Shown here in pieces: positions 59,256-64,000 of a stretch of 64,000 nucleotides of DNA (positions are counted from its first letter, which is position 1; each line of letters opens with the position of its first letter). The notes beneath the pieces were generated by a model that saw nothing but the letters and a program-made list of their open reading frames with translations, did not search any database and was not told the origin of the DNA. A program made the translations under genes and the position numbers. Origin of the DNA: Macrostomum lignano (Eukaryota); contig NIVC01001317.1 of assembly GCA_002269645.1 (NCBI GenBank), positions 1 through 64,000 of the forward strand, given 5' to 3'.

Positions 59256-60222
59256 TGTAGTGAGCCGCTAGTTTAGTGTTTGGCGTCCCCCTTTTGTCAG
59301 CAGTCTCCCTCGCCCTCGCCCTGGGTTGCTGTCTGCCGCTGGTCAGCTTCCCGCCCCCCTGGCCGTCTGTTGCTGCCCTTGGCCTGTTCTGCTCTTCTGC
59401 GTCTCTGTTCTCAGCCCTCAGCTTCTCTGCTGTAGGCTGGCTGTCTCTGTTTCATTCCCGTCCCGTTTTCCTCTGTCATGTGAGCAAGTCACATGACAGA
59501 TCTTGCGTTCTTGGAGTCTTATAGTGCAGTAAACATGTTTACTGCACTCGTTGGCCCTGTTTACCGGGAGAATTACGTGCTTTCGGACCCCTCCCTTCTC
59601 TAAGGAGAGGAGTGACTCATGTTTCTAAAAATAGCAACTGAGTCACAGCCGCGTGTACTCTGGCCGGAGACCTCAAGTGACGTCATTTCTAAAAATAGAA
59701 CGAGTCACGAGGTCTTGCGCGCACTGAGACCCTGCCCCGAGACCTCAAGTGACGTCATTTCTAAAAATAGAACAAGTCACGAGGTCTTGTGCGTGGGTGT
59801 TTCCCGGCTATAAATAGGACCCCTCTCCCTTGTTTCCGTCAAGGAGGCTTCTTATCTGCGGAGAATCCACTAAGCTCCCGTGTGCGTCAGTGTCTAACTA
59901 AGTGCCCTTTGCGTACACTGAATCTGCTTGTACTGGTCTGACTGAGACCCCACTAAAGCCCAACCTCAAGCCTACGAGAGGCTAACTCAGCCCTCCCTGA
60001 ACCAACCAAGCCCGGCAGGTGCTGCTGACGAGACGCCTTGTACGTTGAACTGCAAATCTGCACCCGGTGCTGAGTTCGTTGACTTCGTTATTTCGTTCCG
60101 ACGGGAAGCTCACCTCATCGAAGGCCGAGACCTGAAGGAACTGGTGGCAGCACTACCTACGCTACTAAGAGTCAAGAGCCCAAGTCACTGCGCTGGACAG
60201 CAGGACAACCACAGGTACAACA
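59256..60222 (+). mobile_element. Solo LTR (967 bp) with 4-bp TSD TTAC, same family as 2637-3573
   Basis: TGTAGTGA...TACAACA termini. ttac at 59252-59255 and 60223-60226. TATAAA at 59809. Confidence 0.92.
59613..59814 (+). promoter_or_regulatory. LTR U3 enhancer/promoter cluster: AP-1 x2, CRE x2, MEF2 x3, TATA
   Basis: TGACTCA 59613; TGAGTCA 59639; TGACGTCA 59678 and 59750; CTAAAAATAG 59625, 59689 and 59761; TATAAA 59809. Consensus matches only. Confidence 0.55.
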
Positions 60223-60639
60223 TTACTATCTGTGGTATATACTGTATATACTATATATAGTATTACAAAAAATAGAAATGAGTATAATTAATTACATAAA
60301 ATTGTTTGGTTGTCAAGAATGTTCTTTCAGTTTCCAGAAAATTCAATCTCAGAACTTTCTAAAACATTCTAGAAGCTTTTTTATTTTTATTAGAGGCAGG
60401 GGGGTTGTGTGCACCCTGGCGCACTTTAAGCGACATAGGCACAACCTGCGAGAGGTATTGCTGCCCATTCCGCCGACTCCCCTGAGCAGGCATACAAGCG
60501 CGCGGATATGTACGCAGGCACACACTCACACAGAAGTGTACAGCGGCCCTAACTTTATTTTATCGTTAGGCATGTACACTTCACTGCGCCTTGGGGTTGG
60601 CTCTCAAGGCCGTTAATTACACGAGCAGAGCCAAGCCGA

Positions 60640-60738
60640 GATTCCAATTCAGCCCCAAATTAATGTGACTGCACTTGGAATCGAGCCTGGGTCGCTGGCA
60701 CACCAGAGCAGCTGCGCTACCGCTGGGCTACGGCCCCC
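60640..60738 (-). mobile_element. tRNA-like SINE head (second family)
   Basis: Minus strand reads gggggccgtagcccagcggtagcgc...ggctcgattcc (A- and B-box-like). No proper acceptor stem. 3' extent undefined. Confidence 0.5.
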
Positions 60739-61084
60739 CTATTCTAGAAGCTTACTGTGTATAGGTAAATATTGAGGGTGTGTATATGCCATGTTGACAG
60801 ACTACTTTTCATGACTGTTGCTATTCAAGCCAGATTATCTACATGGATCTCTCTTGACCCTATATTTGTGGACTATTTCTCTACAACTTCAAATTTTGTA
60901 CCAAAGAAGCCAAATTGAGCCGCATTAACAGTGCATTTGGTGCTAGTACTGAGTCTGAATGTACTGCACAAGATTGGTTTGCTTGGTTTTGGCAGGGAGA
61001 TTTCAGCCTCAAAGATTTGCCCTAGTCAGAATGTCTTGAGACTGTGACCTGGACTGTGCATACTCATTGAGGCTGACCCCTAAC

Positions 61085-61683
61085 TAGTGTTCCGCCATAG
61101 CCATAGCTACAGCTACGGGATCCTACGGCAAATATGGTAAAATAGGTGCCTATGGCAGCTACGGATATACCTATGGTAGCTAGCTGCTCTTACAGCTACA
61201 ACTACGGAAATATGGTAGTTGCTGTCACATTCCATAGATTCCCGTAGCCATAGGCATAGTTATTCATGTTAAAAATTGAAAAAATATTAGAAACAGGTAG
61301 AGTAAAACAAAGATACTTTTAGTAAACTGTATTATCAACCTAAAACTTATAAAATATACCTAAAAAAGTACAATAAAACACTAGCAAACTCTAATTTTTA
61401 TTAATGTGAAAAACTTTAGCATTAGTACTTTCAATAACGATTAAGTATTGTTGCTCTAAAAAAAGACGAAATATAATCTTATAAAGACAATTAAGTGTTT
61501 CTTTTATTTTCTAACTTAATTTGCAGTTGTTTAAGCACTAGGTTATTTTCTTGATTTAAAATATTTTGTTTTTTAGACTTTTTGTTAAAACTACGGCTGC
61601 GGAATACGGAGAATTGGAGTAAGCTGTAGTTTTGCTTATAGCTACGGCTACGGTACATTGACCCTCCTTATAGCAGAACACTA
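61085..61683. mobile_element. hAT-type MITE (599 bp) with perfect 8-bp TSD CCCCTAAC
   Basis: TIRs tagtgttccgccata / tatagcagaacacta (13/15). cccctaac at 61077-61084 and 61684-61691. Subterminal (a/g)gctac(g/a) repeats. Confidence 0.9.
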
Positions 61684-62482
61684 CCCCTAACAAACCACGC
61701 ATGAATTAGTGCAAGTCCTTGGGGTAGACCATCAAACAATTGCCACTCACTTGCATTAACTGGACAAGGTACACAAGTTGACTCAATGAGTACCCCATAA
61801 ATTGTCCAATTGAGACCACAAATTCAAGGCAAAGCCAGCCATTCTCTCCTCTCCTATTGGCATACACACAACTGGCTGAAGTCAATTGTTACTGGCAAAA
61901 AAATGGTGCTTATATGTGAACATTAATCATTACCAGTTGTGGGTAAATACTGATGCAACCCTTGAGCCACAGCCTAAGGCTAGACTCTATTCCCACAAGG
62001 TCATGCGATTTGGTGGGACTGTAAAGGTGTGATCCTCTACAAGCTACTACCACCAACATATTGATTATGGCTAACTTATATTGTCAATAGTTGGACAGAT
62101 TGACCCAATCCAATTCCTGCACAATAATGCCTGCCTTTACATTGACAAGGTGACTTGCAAAAAAATTACTTGAACTTGGCTAAGAACTGAGTGCATTATC
62201 TTCAATATTTTCCCAACCTAGTGCCCTGACCAATGCCTTGATGAGAAAAACTTTTGCTAATAAAAAGGCCTTAGATAACTAGCTCAATAACTTTTTGGCT
62301 CAAAACCTAAGAAATTCTACATTGATGACATTATGTCTGCCTAAAAAATGGCAGAAAGTGGTTGATTTAGATGGCAATTACTTTGTTTCCTTAATAAGTC
62401 CTATATTAAAAAAAACTTGGTTTGGAAGAAGGTTCTAAAAACCACAAGAACATTCTCAACAACTCTTAATACTAAAACTTAT

Positions 62483-62530
62483 GCAATGTTTATGTGTGTG
62501 TGTGTGTATGTGTGTGTGTATGTGTGTTTG
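62483..62530 (+). repeat. (TG)n microsatellite
   Basis: Direct inspection. Confidence 0.9.
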
Positions 62531-63657
62531 TGCATTAGGCATTTCTTGGGACAAGCGTGTATAAACTGACCCGTGCTATTAGGACCAAAAATGTGTTGGG
62601 CCAGGCCCAATATGTGCGTCCCGACACTTCTAAAAATCAAGGCTACTAAATTAAAAAAATATTCGTTCGAACCGTCGTTCGATTCCCTTTTCAGAAACCA
62701 AACAACAGAAACCATATTTCTTACGATACATGAGTAATTTAGCGATTAACAATGTCCCAACAGGTTAGGAAAATCATGCAAAACCATTTTTGGTTCAATA
62801 GAACAATTGGGACTTTAATCATACTTTCATGTCTCGTCTTTTTATCATGTAATATTCTAAAAGGTCTACTTAAAGTAAAGCTGAATGCTTGATAAGGAGC
62901 CTGTCTAAAGCTGAAGAGATCAGATATCATTTGGCAGCGTGGTCGTGGCTACATAAGTTTTCCAGGATGTTTTGCTGTAAGAACTGTTAGTTTATCTCAT
63001 ATACACTCTAATCTATAAAATTCTACATTCTAATTGTAAATTTTTCAACTCTGAAGTATACTAAAATTGGGACAATGTTTAACACTACTAACACTTAGTA
63101 ACTTTATCGCTGCACTACAGGTGTATTGTTTCTATTGTTCCAACGTACTCTTCTCACTATTTCACCTATCAGCGATTTGCGAGCATATTAATATAGAGCT
63201 TAAAATTTTAACAACCACAATTGCTACAATTAAAATTCTTGCATTCTTTTTCTTACGGAGAGATTACAGAGCAAAATAAGCCCCTAGGCCTCAATCCCTC
63301 TCTCACAAAACGTTTTGGCCAGGCTAAACAGCTTGGTAAAGAACTTTGTCCCAGCTTCGATCGATAATCGAACTAACGCGCGTGTGTACATTCTGAAGTG
63401 TGGGGACACGCACAAATAAAACCCAATCAACCTTCTCTCCAGGCCAATTGAGTGTACATTCAGAAGTGTTAGGACAGCCAAGCCACCCCTATTTAGAGCC
63501 CCCACAAACCTCTTTCAAAGGCCAATCGGAAGAACCAAACTAAATCTAGATTGAGACAATCTTGTACAATACATTGACTTCCCGATACTATTCTATTTAC
63601 TATAAGTCATTCTGAATTTGATCTAGTCAAAATACTCGTAGCTACATACTTAAAACA

Positions 63658-63896
63658 ATGCGGCAGAAGGCCGCTAAGAAGCTGAAGGCCCAAAGAAAAG
63701 TAAGAAAGAGGCCACTAGAGGTTAATGGCCATGCCAACCGAAGAGTGGAAGTGAAATTTGATAAAAGGCATCCCGCCTACGGCCAGACCAACGTTGTATA
63801 TCTAAGCGACCTAAAGTTTAAAGGTCAACTATGCCATGGAACACGAGTCATGATGCAGTGGAAGGGAAAGGAGTGGAGCGGCACGGTGACTAACAT
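63658..63896 (+). CDS. Possible first coding exon of a gene running off the window (basic N-terminus, then a beta-rich segment)
   Basis: aaacaATG context, 80 open codons, strong donor AT|GTAAGT at 63896|63897. No recognisable family. Confidence 0.4.
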
Positions 63897-64000
63897 GTAA
63901 GTGACATTAAAAAAACTATATCTTCCTATACTAGTCTTATTGATTTCTAAATAACACAATTACGTGCACACTGTACTTTGCGTAAATTAACACAAATATG

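Overview
Animal genomic DNA with GC-rich exons, AT-rich intergenic DNA and a different minisatellite in most long introns. This style suggests a flatworm such as Macrostomum, which is inference only. Host genes: (1) two tandem paralogous giant coding exons (12171-14795, 18471-21093/21140), each encoding a signal peptide, an unrecognised N-terminal region, two Ig-like domains, a TM helix and an L1CAM/neuroglian-type juxtamembrane tail. They are followed by one small exon missed by the ORF track (21184-21296) encoding an ankyrin-binding-type motif, EEGSFIGNY. Both giant exons carry a phase-1 GT donor in frame with this exon, suggesting a protocadherin-like variable-exon/constant-exon locus. (2) A 15-exon IA-2/PTPRN pseudophosphatase (24828-48071, +). 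(3) Cathepsin B (53525-55280, +). (4) LRRC57 (58939-56745, -). (5) A possible exon at the right edge. Mobile DNA: a near-intact LOA/R1-group LINE with a 14-bp TSD and a UAAUG stop-start junction inside PTPRN intron 4; a nested stack at 2.2-7.4 kb (satellite > Gypsy remnant > solo LTR plus LINE fragment); a second solo LTR of the same family upstream of LRRC57; an RTE-like relic; tRNA-derived SINEs, two of them hit independently by the same MITE family; and a hAT-type MITE. No true tRNA, rRNA or CRISPR array is supported. All alignments and counts were made by eye.
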